Positions 42,566-54,645 of a stretch of DNA of 64,000 nt are shown here, piece after piece (positions within the stretch are counted from its first letter, which is position 1; each line of letters begins with the position of its first letter). Under the pieces are notes generated by a model. The model was not told the origin of the DNA, searched no databases, and saw only the letters and a list, made by a program, of their open reading frames with translations. This DNA comes from Eledone cirrhosa (Eukaryota): positions 324,632,001 through 324,696,000 of the forward strand of contig OZ024741.1 in assembly GCA_964016885.1 (NCBI GenBank), written 5' to 3'. The translations under genes and the position numbers were made by a program.

Positions 42566-42804
42566 ATAAGTAAATAAAATAAAATAAATAAATAAATAAA
42601 TACATACACAAGCACAATAACAACAAGCACATAAACACACACTAGTAGCCCATCACACAGCAAACAAAACACTATACACACACGCAAACGCATGCGCAAA
42701 GAAGACAAAATAAAATAAACAAGCAAGCAAATAAATAAATAAATATATAGACAGACTGAATAAAAATGGCGTAGACATACAACACAACAGGAGGAAAATA
42801 TAAC

Positions 42805-42846
42805 ACCACTGACGATGCTGCAGATGTGCAACGAAAGATTTATGAT
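42805..42846 (+). ncRNA. Type I hammerhead, slightly decayed
   Basis: acca CTGACGA t gctgca-gatg-tgcaac GAAA gatt TA tgat; same position as the 16864 HHR in the related element. Confidence 0.65.
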
Positions 42847-43042
42847 AAACTATATATATGTGTTTGTGTCTATATTGTATCTGTATTATTTTTGACCGTC
42901 GGTCAGTCAATGGCAACATTGAGGACCGAGTAAGTTAGATTACCGATATAAAAGACAGCGAGAAGCGAAAACCAACCAAACAGTGAGTGTGTTCTGTTAT
43001 TAATTCTCGCAATATTACACAAATATGACCCTCCCCAAGTAT

Positions 43043-43140
<98 letters not shown>

Positions 43141-43247
43141 ATAATAATAAATTTGAAGACTAGAATCCAAAGAGGGCTCGATAAGGATAAATATATATCA
43201 AATATATAAGAACCGTAGAGCAAATATTTATTAAAATAACAGATTAA

Positions 43248-43298
43248 AGTTTAAGCAAAGAATCACTGCTTTCACCCTTAACGGGGTCTTCTGAAACT
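43248..43298 (-). ncRNA. Type I hammerhead (CAGAAGA core)
   Basis: agttt CAGAAGA c ccc-gttaa-ggg t GAAA gca-gtgattctt-tgc TT aaact. Confidence 0.75.
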
Positions 43299-44312
43299 AA
43301 CAAAGTCAATCTGTGAACGCAGAAGTGAATATTTCAAAAAACGTTGCAACCGGAGGAAGACAGGAAGACGATAATTTGCTTCGTGGAAAGGTTCCCTGGC
43401 AAAGAACGGGAAAAAACGAATATGATACGTCATTGTTTGGAGCGGTGAAAAACAATTACACGCAAAGACAAAACCACGTTTATGGTATAAAAGAAGTCGT
43501 AGACTAATATTCTATTAGGTGGTTCATAGAGACGTTCTCTGGCAATGAACGGAAAAAACGAAGATAAAACGTCATATGTGGAGCGTGGAGAACAATTGCA
43601 CGCAAAGACAAAACCGCGTAAATGGTATAACTGAAGTCGTAGACTAAAATTCTAACTAGGAAACCGAATGATCTCGGCTTCAGAGTTAAGAATAAAGTAA
43701 ATAAAATACAGAGGTAATTGAAAATAAATAAATACATATACACATCCATATACGTACATACACAAGCATACGCGAAAAACTCGCGTATATACAAATACAC
43801 GCACATATAAATATGTGTGCGTGTGTGCGCGTGTATACAAATAATTAAATAAGCGTATATAAATAAATAAATACGTATATAACAAGCGCACACACATACC
43901 TACATGTAAATACACATATGTTCGGAGACGGACGTCAACCAAAACACGAAGTACACATATACACACACCCTACATACGTACGAACCCGCATAATCACACA
44001 GACACAAAACTAACGTACAAAACTCACGTACAAAAGCATATGTACCAGAATATATAAAATATACGCCATAACATATACAATCAAATATACGTACGAGAAA
44101 GTATACGTACCTTCACAAAACATACAGGTAATATATACTTACATATACAAATAAGTAATGGTATAAACCTATCATATACTTAGTTACCACAACAAGACGT
44201 AAAATATCCGCGTATAGATCGTACTATCCGTTAGGGTATAATGTGGGGCTGTAATACAGGAAAGTTTTGTGCAATTTATGTTTACAAGCCGAAATTGCCT
44301 CAGATTTTTTAT

Positions 44313-45512
44313 TTAAGACGTGGTCTGTGGCGTAGAGTATTTCCAGGAGAGGTCACATGGTCTTTTATTTCCGTTATACAATCTAGCCCTAGCTAGGATC
44401 TCCCAGTGTAACTTATATTGGGTGTGGTTGTCTTTTAGACTCCAGATATAAGCTGAAAGTGACGTCATATTCCTTCTTAGAGGGTAACGAAAAGAATGGG
44501 TATGCATGTAAAGACGCTGCTTGAATCTATTGGCGGTTAACCCTATGTAGGTCCTACGGGACGTGGGTGTTTCAACCTTACATTTGTAGACAATGTTACT
44601 AGAGAGGCATTTCCCGGATAGGGGGCAGTCAACCCGATTCCTACAATTACAGTTAGTACTAACTACAGGGTTGCACGTGTTCCTACGGCTAGGTAGTTTA
44701 GCTAAATTTGAAGCTGTGATGTTATGTGCAAGGTTAGGAGTCGTAGAGTAAGAAATGTTAATAGTATTTCTATTAAAAATGTTACAATATTTATGTGTAG
44801 GGGGAAAATGCTTCGTAATAAGGGAGAGAAAGATCTTAGCTAATGGTGTGGCCACCTCCATATTATATGGTGATTTATACCATATAATTCGTCGGGATCT
44901 ATTTCTTCTGGGTCTATTCTCGTACTCTGTATATGCTACCTTATCGACAAATCCACTCCGAGCAAGAGCTTCATTGTAATATGTGGAATGGTCGTTGAAA
45001 ATATGCTCGTTAGTAGATAGACGGGAAAGCCTCAAAGAAACGTTTCTTACCAGGTTCTTGGTTATGCTGGCAGGATGGTTAGACTGCTTACTTATGTAAT
45101 TAAGCGTATCATTCGGCTTTCTATACGGGTAATACAAGCCATTCGATAAATTGAGGGTCACGTCGAGGTAATTAACGACCGAGAGGTTGGCCTCAACCTG
45201 TATAGAGAGGTTGAAGCCTTTAAAGAAGGCTGTGAGTTCTTTTCTGAACCTGTCGCAAGCACGTGGGCCGCACTTAGTCATGGTCAAAAGACCATCATCA
45301 CGGTACAAACCACCGCCCACGTTGGGGAATTCGTCCTTGATAGAGAAAAGAAGGAAAAGGCCGATAAGATCAGTAACCTCCGCAGAATCGCTGGCGCCCA
45401 TAATCACGTCGAATGGGGTACTATTAGATTTTTTAATCCAAATAGAGTCGTCGAAATTAATCACCGACTTACGGGCATTGAGGATGACATCAACTTCGAA
45501 ATCCTTAACCAC
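44313..45512 (-). CDS. PLE RT (motifs 4-7) + GIY-YIG, 5'-truncated
   Basis: MGASDSAEVTDLIG; GLYRDDG; NYLDVTL; CNCRNRVDCPLSGKC; IVYKC..YIGLT..FKQRLYMH; same group as 8460-10686. Confidence 0.9.
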   Translation of the reverse strand: MVKDFEVDVILNARKSVINFDDSIWIKKSNSTPFDVIMGASDSAEVTDLIGLFLLFSIKDEFPNVGGGLYRDDGLLTMTKCGPRACDRFRKELTAFFKGFNLSIQVEANLSVVNYLDVTLNLSNGLYYPYRKPNDTLNYISKQSNHPASITKNLVRNVSLRLSRLSTNEHIFNDHSTYYNEALARSGFVDKVAYTEYENRPRRNRSRRIIWYKSPYNMEVATPLAKIFLSLITKHFPPTHKYCNIFNRNTINISYSTTPNLAHNITASNLAKLPSRRNTCNPVVSTNCNCRNRVDCPLSGKCLSSNIVYKCKVETPTSRRTYIGLTANRFKQRLYMHTHSFRYPLRRNMTSLSAYIWSLKDNHTQYKLHWEILARARLYNGNKRPCDLSWKYSTPQTTS

Positions 45513-45581
45513 TGTGAGTGTTTTAGCGAAATTGATAGCTCTAAGGAGAAATCTTTGCTTAAACTTTAATCTGTTATTTTA

Positions 45582-45627
<46 letters not shown>

Positions 45628-45702
45628 AGTTATTACGGGTTGAATCGGAGATAACCACAATAATTAAGGTACTCAATACATAGCAGAGTATAAAAGTTTT
45701 AA

Positions 45703-46398
45703 TATAGATAAGATTCTACAGGACTAGAACTGTTTCATTCTTTAGAAATCATCAAGAATCTGTCCAAAATAAATGTTGTGGTATTTATATATTTTCTGGT
45801 GATAGGAGGGGGTGGGTGTGGGATGGGCGGAGGTCATTGGTTGAAAGAAAAGGGAATTCATTAAAAGCTAATTCTTTAAGGCTATAATTTATATTTAGAG
45901 TGACAAAAACAGAAAGAATTATATAAACAAGTTCAAATTGGTGTTCCACTTCTTATTTTTAAGTTTCTCTTAAGCTAACAATGCCTATATTTCAGGTGTC
46001 TATAAGATGGTTGGGGGTCGGTCACGGTTGAAGGATTTAAAGAAAAGGGAAATTCTTTAAATCCATCAACCATGACCGACCCCCAACCATCTTATAGACA
46101 CCTGAAATATAGGCATTGTTAGCTTAAGAGAAACTTAAAAATAAGGAGTGGCACCCCAATTTAAACTTGTTTATAGAATTCTTTCTGCCTTTGTCACTCT
46201 AAATATAAATTATAGCCTTAAAGAATTAGTTTTTAATGAATTCCCTTTTCTTTCAACCAATGACCTCCACCCATCCCACTCCCCACCCTCTCCTACCACC
46301 AGAAAAGATATAAATACCACAACATTTATTTTGGACAGCCAGATTCCTGATGATTTATAAAGAATGAAACAGTTCTAGTCCTGTAGAATCTCATCTAT
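45703..46398. repeat. Imperfect palindrome, ~345-bp arms, 8-nt spacer, HHR near each outer end
   Basis: Centre ggatttaaagaa/ttctttaaatcc (46033-46064). Confidence 0.92.
46341..46391 (+). ncRNA. Type I hammerhead with full stem III (mirror copy at 45711-45761, minus strand)
   Basis: agattc CTGATGA tttataaagaat GAAA cag-ttctagtc-ctg TA gaatct. Confidence 0.82.
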
Positions 46399-47306
46399 AT
46401 ATATATAGAGAGAGAGATATAGATATATATATGAATTTCGTATATCTAAAGATATACGGTATGTTTAATAAATAAACATTTTGAAAGCCAAGCTATGAAT
46501 TTTAAGGCTGACGGAAACTTAACATCTCCCACATACACTCAAGCACACAACCTATAAGCAGAATGAGCTACAGATAGCTATTCTACAGTAATATGCAGTG
46601 GGAAAATATTTCTGAGATGAAAATCTATTCATTGTAAAGGGACAGAGGTTCTGGAAAAAATAGCTTTATAATAGGTTTACATATACAAATGTGTGTGTTT
46701 ACACACACATTTATAAATTTACGTGTATACATATATATTTATCGCAGCTTGACTTAAACCCTATACTGTTTCTGTAGAAACTAGTGAAACAGACAGATGT
46801 CCAACAGAGAGATAGAGGGGGAGGGCAATAGAGTTTAGAGGGAGAGTGAGAGAGAGTGTGTGTGTGTGTGTGTGTGATAATTGGGGAGGAGAGAGTGATA
46901 AAATTGGGGAAATGGGAAGGGAGGAGAAAGAGAGAGTCGTGTCATGTCAGTTAGTTTCCAGTTATATATCATGAAAATCTTTAGAATTTACTTCCATTCG
47001 AAGAATTTACCAATATTCTTATCAATAAAATGGAAATTTCCATGATAAATTCTCACGGTTACAACAAGTTATTTGCATTGGAAGAATGGATAGAAAGGAA
47101 AAGTAAAGCCTTCATACACAATGTTTAAATAAACAGTTAACAAATGTATGTTTTTGTTTGGGGGAGGGGGGTGTACATGTGTAAGGTGGGTGCGTTATTT
47201 TTTCATTTACTTTTTCATTTACTTTTGTAATTTTCGATTAGTCTTATTGTGTTTTGTATAAATATATATGTTTGTGCGCAAATATGGATAGATAGATGAA
47301 TAGATA

Positions 47307-47341
<35 letters not shown>

Positions 47342-47599
47342 AATTGGAAACTAACTCCCCTTTCTTCCCACCTCTATCACTCTCTATTCCCCCATAAACT
47401 CATCAAAAATTGCAAACGGTAAGAAAAAAGAAAAACACTACACACATGTACACACACAGAGAGAGAGAAAACGAGTGGGAGTTGGTAGATAAAGTTAAAG
47501 GAATATTTGTACAAGGAGCCAAACCTTTTCATATATATCATCATTGCGACCACGGTGGAACATTCTTGACAAAGCCTCTCCTCAATTCCCGATTTTCCA

Positions 47600-48712
47600 T
47601 TGCTCCTTACAGAGTTTTGTATCATCTGAGAGTTGATCGATGGATGTTCAAACAGGCCTTCCTTTATAGCGTCTCCCGTGAGATTCCCCCTACAATAATA
47701 GCTTTTGTATATGCACCATTTTGTTTCTTCCCAAGTACCTGTGTCAGGGTCCATACCTGATCCTCTCAACAACACTGACTCGACAGATATTCTGAAGAAT
47801 GATATTTTTATTTCTCTGGGTAGATCTGAGTGCCATATCCTTTCCATTTTGTTCATTGCAGCCTAGACTTTGGAAATTCTAATATCAATGTCCTTTTATC
47901 CAGCTGCCCAAAGACAAAAAATCATCAACTTGATTTAGTATTCTACCATCCAATATAACAAGATTTCTATCTTTAGTGATATGTACTCTGTCTTGGTAAC
48001 ATTTATGTGTAGACCAATTTTCCTGGAAGAGAATTCGACTTTATGAGCTTGGTCAATTGTATTTGATAGAAGAGCTATGCCATCAGTAAAATATGTATCA
48101 CATATGACACTTCGTGGGTTTTACTTACCTCTCCTTTGCGTCAATGGAAAGCCGAGATATTGTTCATTAACAATGACTTCCTTCGTGACATAGTTCAGAG
48201 CAATTTTAAAAAGATATGGTGCCCATGTAACCTGAAAGACAACCACTAAGATTTTAAAAAACTCGGTATCACTATCAAGAAAGAAAACTTGAGCTTCCAT
48301 TTTTATGTAGAGTACATTTATAGCAGAAATTATGGCGTCAGGTATGCTATATGCAATTAGGATTGACATAATCTTTCCTCTATGGATAAATTCAAAAGCC
48401 TTCTTGAATTGAATGAAAATTAGTACAACGTTCAGGCTCTATGATCTGACACCTTCTAGTAGTCTCCACAATGTCAATATTTGTGAGACAGCCGATTTCT
48501 TCTGTCTGAAACTATGTTGATGTATTTTGAGTTTCGGGTCTAGATGTGGTCTTATTCTGTTTAGTAGCATTATGTTGTAGATTTTAGCTGCAACTACTGA
48601 CAAAGCAATTCCTCTGTAATTTGCTGTATATCCGAGATCACCTTTGGGTAGAGGCACTATTTCGCATTTTCTCAAGATTTTCGGTACATCTCCTTTGAAG
48701 GTCCTTTGGCAG
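47600..48712 (-). mobile_element. Decayed RTE/RTEX-type LINE RT
   Basis: NYRGIALSVVAAKIYNIMLLNRIRPHLDPKL; MNKMERIWHSDLPREIKISFFRISVESVLL. Confidence 0.8.
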
Positions 48713-48739
48713 ATTCCTTAAATTTATTTGAATATTCAA

Positions 48740-48823
48740 ATATTGTTGACAATTAGTCTTTTACCTTAAATTTATTTGAATATTCAAATAAATTTAAGGT
48801 AAAAGACTAATTGTCAACAATAT
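48740..48823. repeat. Perfect 84-bp spacerless palindrome
   Basis: atattgttgacaattagtcttttaccttaaatttatttgaat followed by its exact reverse complement; right arm continues as a homolog of 12225-12322. Confidence 0.95.
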
Positions 48824-48887
48824 CTTTTGCATTTGTATTTATATTCTATATCCATGCCTGCATTGTTTTGGCCTTCCAACTCCAAAC

Positions 48888-48966
<79 letters not shown>

Positions 48967-49540
48967 GAGCGTACTATGTACTGTATGGAGCCAAAATGTA
49001 TTATATGAATAAGATCGCAACACAAATGCATGCTACCTAAAGTTTCAATCTTCAATCAGAATAGGATATAAACATTCTATGTCTACTAGTTTAGTTATCT
49101 GGGCTTGTATTCTTCCATAGTGAGAGGAGATTAGATCTCATATGGGAGCATCCTCTGAAAAGTTCATGATTTGTATTTAGATATTTCTCAGGAGACTTTA
49201 GGGCATCCAATATTCTATATTTTCTTTTTGTTGTTTAAGTAAACTGAACAACTCTTACAACAGCCTTAGCCCACAAACTGGTCTAGGGAATATATATGTA
49301 TACGTCCAACAACACCCAAATACAGTTAAACGCAATAAGCTACATAAATAATATACAGATAAATAATACATACAACATTAACAATACTGCACCCCACCTC
49401 TATATAGATTAAACTCCAAATCTATATACATACGGATATATATATATCAGACAGGGTGTGGTAAAAAGCAGCTAGACCATAACTAGTTCGGATCTAGCTG
49501 TCGAAACGGCCGGAGCTCAGCCATCGGGGTTGTGAATCTT

Positions 49541-49595
<55 letters not shown>

Positions 49596-50018
49596 GGTGG
49601 CTGCCAACTCGTTTTCGAGTACGGCCACTACTTTATATCCATGTAGGAGAACCCCTACCGATGCGCTGAACGAGTGTGACTTTTTAGTCCAGCCAGCGAC
49701 TTGAAAACTCTGGTACAAACACTACACTTGTGACAATTACTGACACATAGTGCTGGGCCCATGGTACCATGTGACGACAAGTGCAGAGAGATCTCCAGAT
49801 ATAAAGCAATGCCTGTGCCGTGAAGCTTTTATAGTGAGCAAAGGCACTGCACAAAGCCAGTCCCACTCTCTTAACCAAGATGATATTTACCAAAAAGAAG
49901 AACAAGTCAACATCATTGGATACCATCAGGGTTGCAGGTGTTATATCAGAGTTTTCCTTCTCCTAGAATTCTGCCTTGACAAAGGCTAAGGGGTCATCTC
50001 TCCCGGATATATATATAT

Positions 50019-50051
<33 letters not shown>

Positions 50052-50059
50052 TATATATT

Positions 50060-50133
<74 letters not shown>

Positions 50134-50167
50134 TATATATATATGTATATACATACATGCATGTATG

Positions 50168-50208
<41 letters not shown>

Positions 50209-50210
<2 letters not shown>

Positions 50211-50322
50211 TGGCAGATTCGTTAGAACGTTGGATAGAATGCTTTGCAGTATTCTTTCCAGCTCTCTGAGTTCAAATCCCTCCCAGGTCAACTTTGCCTT
50301 TCACCCTTTCGATGTGGATAAA
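50209..50322 (+). mobile_element. Partial SINE family A
   Basis: tggcagattcgttagaacg; gagttcaaatcc; aggtcaactttgcctttcaccc. Confidence 0.7.
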
Positions 50323-50820
50323 TATGCATATCTTCCTTACTTCCTTTCTCTCACTTTCTCTCCATCTCTGGAAGAACACTGGTAAAGAGTGGTCTCCTCT
50401 TGAAACGCCGTATACCATATATATAATCTAAAATTAGCGAGGTCATAGGAAATATATTGCCTATAATCTGGATTGCTCATATTACCCACTCAATGAGATA
50501 TGGTTTGAACGTATAAGCGAGCGAACCTGTCTCCGAGTGCCAACAAAATGTGTATTTATAACGTGACGGTCGCACGTGGGTTTTCCGAACCTCAGTGCAC
50601 ACTTAATCGACAAATGCAATTTGCAATGTGCCCAGCTCAGTGGCAGCATCGTACATGTACGCATAGCAGTTCTGAAAAGCATCAGTAACAGCTATTATAG
50701 CGAGAGAGTGTGAAGTGGTCTGTCCAGTCATGCGTCAAGAATTTACTGCTATAATGGCTAAGGTCGTCGGCATCAAATAGTGACGCCATCGTCGTTCGTT
50801 AAGTGACTGTGCAAATTCGA

Positions 50821-52248
50821 AAGAATGCGCGTCATTTCAGCTGCGCCCTAGGCGGCTTCTACTTGTCCATAATAATAGCGCCGGTCAGGCATATATGATC
50901 TCACGATCCAGCATCCACATGCTTTTAATGAATGCAAAGTAATGCAAAATTGTAGAAAGCTCAGTATTGTTCTGTTTAAGCAATGGATGAGAGCTGTCAA
51001 GTAAAATTATTTGGCTTGTTTAAGTAAACAACTCTATCATTCTAGCGTAAAGCAAACTCAGAGTTTGTCATTAACGATACACTATACTTACTCATGTCAC
51101 TTCACTATATTTATCATTTTGTCTTCGTGTCGAAATAAGATTTAATGAGATTAAATTAACAAGCTTAAGTAATCTTCTTTGTTCAATCTACGAAAGCAGA
51201 ATCTATGATTAATCGTTGTTAGAGGGCAGTAATGGTTTAACAGACGAAATTGGACTTTCTAATATTATAGAAACTTCATTCCCAAGCTCATACATCCAGA
51301 AAACTTCTGAACATTTCAATAGAATTTCTCACATAAAGATGGGGAATCAGATTTACAGAGCAGTTAACATTATGAAAACATATCATCAAAGTCGTTCAAG
51401 TAACGATCTTATATATCCATATATATATATATGTGTGTGTGTGTGTGTCTATATATATATATATGGATATATAAGATCGTTACTTGAACGACTTTGATGA
51501 TATGTTTTCATAATTGTTTCTACTTTAGGCACAAGGCCAGCAATTACCCAGTGCATTACTGGTACTTTATTTTATCGACCCCGTAAGGATGAAAGGCAAA
51601 GTCAACCTCGGCGGGATTTGAACTCAGATCGTAAAGGGACGTAACTATGCTGGAAAGCATGGCGTCCGACCCTCTACCGATACTGCCAATCCACCGCCCT
51701 TTGTTTTCAAAATGTTAACTGCTCTGTAAATCTGATTCCCCATTTTTATGTGAGAAATTCTATTGAAATGTTCAGAAGTTTTCTTGGGAATCAAGTTTCT
51801 ATAATATTAGAAAGTCCAATTTCGTCTGTTAAACCATTACTGGCCTCTAACAACGATTAATCATAGATTCTGCTTTCGTAGATTGAACAAAGAAGATTAC
51901 TTAAGCTTGTTAATTTAATCTCATTAAATCATATTTCGACACGAAGACAAAATGATAAATATAGTGAAGTGACATGAGCAAGTATAGTGTATCGTTAATG
52001 ACAAACTCTGAGTTTGCTTTACGCTAGAATGATAGAGTTGTTTACTTAAACAAGCCAAATAATTTTACTTGACAGCTCTCATCCATTGCTTAAACAGAAC
52101 AATACTGAGCTTTCTACAATTTTGCATTACTTTGCATTCATTAAAAGCATGTGGATGCTGGATCGTGAGATCATATATGCCTGACCGGCGCTATTATTAT
52201 GGACAAGTAGAAGCCGCCTAGGGCGCAGCTGAAATTACGCGCATTCTT
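50821..52248. repeat. Large inverted repeat, ~610-bp arms around a (TA)n(TG)n centre
   Basis: 50821-51431 vs ~51450-52248 once the SINE is removed. Confidence 0.93.
51511..51699 (-). mobile_element. Young SINE family A with ~12-bp TSD
   Basis: Flanked by tgttttcataat / tgttttcaaaat; empty site present in the left arm. Confidence 0.92.
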
Positions 52249-52427
52249 AAACTTATATAATTAAATTATATAAAATAATAATTTCCTTCGATCATTAAAC
52301 AATTCACTAAATATCTTTGTAGTAGTGTCGTTGAGGACAAAGCGGTATATATCTATATACCTATAAGTGATATATATATATAGAGAGAGAGAGGAGGAGG
52401 AAATAAATAGATGGATAAATAGTTAAA

Positions 52428-52756
52428 GGGAAAAGAGCCCCTTTAGTCACACATGACTATGTGATTTGCACTTAGAAAATTCCCTCTGAGGCACAAGTCC
52501 GGGCAAGGTTGTTTGTGGAGGACCAGCAGCCGCCCATGCACACCAGCGTCCCCTCTCCACGCCACCGATGATGTCCAAGTAAAAGGCAATGGCTGATACA
52601 GCTTGACACCAGTGACGACGCAATTTCTACAACTGAGTGAACTTGAGCAACATGAAATAAAGTGTCTTGCTCAAGGATACAGCCCTTGTCCGAGATCGAA
52701 CTCGCAACTTCCTGTTTGTTAGCCTTAAAGCTTTAACCACTATGCCATACGCCTTC
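52428..52756 (-). mobile_element. SINE family B, long form
   Basis: ggcgtatggcatagtggttaaag A-box; gagttcgatctc B-box; tccttgagcaagacactt. Confidence 0.82.
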
Positions 52757-53256
52757 ATATGGCTAGATAGATGAATATATATGTGTATGTGTGTGTCTCT
52801 GTCCGTATCTATGTGTACCTTGGCGCCTGGGTCTGTGTGTATTTTGCGTAATTTAGCTCTTCGCCAAAATGATATCGAGAAATAACGTACTACAGTCGAA
52901 CAAAAATGTACTGGTGTCGGTATAATCAATTAAATTAGGGTCGACTGCTATCTAAGGATTAAAACCAGTAAAAATTGTACAATCTTTAGAATGTAACAGT
53001 AACAATGGATAATGCTGTCAAAAATATATAATATCTGAAGGCAAGATTGGAGGGACATGACCAGAATGAATTTTTGTCTAGGTCTCCTCAATAAGGTCAG
53101 TTCAGGTATGGATGTTTTACTGTGTGTATATATGTGCTTCTATATGTGTGCCTCTATATATGTGTGTATACAGGCCTGTATGTATGTCATCATGTGCCTG
53201 TATATATGTCTTTGTGAGTATTTGTATGTGTCACTATGTGTCTCTACATTTTTGTG

Positions 53257-53288
<32 letters not shown>

Positions 53289-53320
53289 AGGGTGTGTGTG
53301 TGTGCGTGCATATATTTAAT

Positions 53321-53360
<40 letters not shown>

Positions 53361-53735
53361 TCTCTCGATCGATAATATTACACTTAAATGAATGGTATTT
53401 GATGAGGCTAATCTGATGTGTGTGAGTTTTTTTATACTTCCAGCAAAAAGACTTTGTCTGAAGAATTTTTAACGATAAGAGAGAGAAGAAAATTAGTTGA
53501 AATTCTCTGTATGAATATTATGTGACACACCAGCAATTTTTCCACTTTATTTCCTTACATTTGTCTCTCTCTCTCCTTCCTAAACTCTCTTATATATTGA
53601 TCTATCACAGACTCAAAATCTCACACACACAAGCACTCTTTCTCTCTTTATCTATGTATATACATATAAGAGAGAGAGAGAGAAAGGGGGGGTGATACTG
53701 CATGTAAACACATACATGCACACATACACACACAG

Positions 53736-53773
<38 letters not shown>

Positions 53774-54099
53774 AGTGAGAGGGGGAGAGAGAGATCGGTT
53801 TCAATTTATTTCAAGTCTCTGTGTTGTGTTCGTACATCGCTATATCAAATTATTTCACTTTGATCACAATTAAGCATAGCGCTAGTATCATGAGGTGATT
53901 GCTTATCTAAAGAAACTTCTAGTGCTTTATATAATACTCTAATTATCAATGGCAACGATAACGATAGCTATTTCCATCATGTAATCTTCCGAGGACTGGG
54001 CGTAATAAAAATGGAACGGTAGTCAGAGGTCAGGGGAAGATAAGTAGAGATCTGATTTGTACACGAGGTTAAGAAGACTCAAGAAGGCAGTACAGCATG

Positions 54100-54545
54100 A
54101 TCAGTGGACGATATGTGAAGATGCTCTCTAGAACTGTCTCAGTCGGAAGGATTTGTGGAATATGGTGCCTCTTAGAATAATTTATTTCTCAGATCTGTCT
54201 ATGATCTCCTGGCCTCGAAGAAGGATATCGTACTCCCTTCCAGTTCATCAAAACAACTGATTTTGATTGAACTCACCGTGCCATTTGAAAGTAAAATAGA
54301 AGAAGCACCCTTGTTCAAGACCGAAAAATACGGCAGTTTGGCCAACAGCCTGATGGAAGCCGACTTCCAGGTTAAAGTTTTCGCCATAGTGGTTGGTGCC
54401 AGAGGCTTTATTCAAATCTGCCTACAATCTCATGAAACAACTTTCAGTCTATGGGAAAACGGGGAACAAAGTTTTAAGGGAAACATCAGAGGGTGGGGTA
54501 AGGAGTTCAAGCTGAATCTGGTCGAGGAAGAATAAAGACGACCCC
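54100..54545 (+). mobile_element. 3' fragment of an RLE-bearing non-LTR retrotransposon (HERO/NeSL-like)
   Basis: DIV...LIELTVPFESKIEEA..KTEKY...VVGARGF, a restriction-like endonuclease motif. Confidence 0.7.
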
Positions 54546-54645
54546 CAAAACAACCTTTGAGGGCACTGGGTTCGTATTTCAACGCACGTTAAGGGAAGTA
54601 ACTCTGATTGAGTCATCATTTTAGTGTTGGCGGCAGTAGTGATAA

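Larger units (their letters stand above)
41615..43050 (+). mobile_element. 5'-truncated PLE (thumb + GIY-YIG + 3' UTR + HHR) in (TA)n
   Basis: Open ORF followed by HHR and family tail. Confidence 0.9.
43140..45590 (-). mobile_element. 5'-truncated PLE with long 3' UTR, HHR and inverted tail copy
   Basis: 45552-45590 is the reverse complement of ~43223-43261; internal ~140-bp tandem duplication at 43410-43660; (TA)n on both sides. Confidence 0.88.

Noticed and set aside
45703-52248. Palindromes as assembly artefacts
   Set aside because: Arms differ by substitutions, indels and a TSD-flanked SINE; only the near-perfect ones (25538, 48740) still need read support
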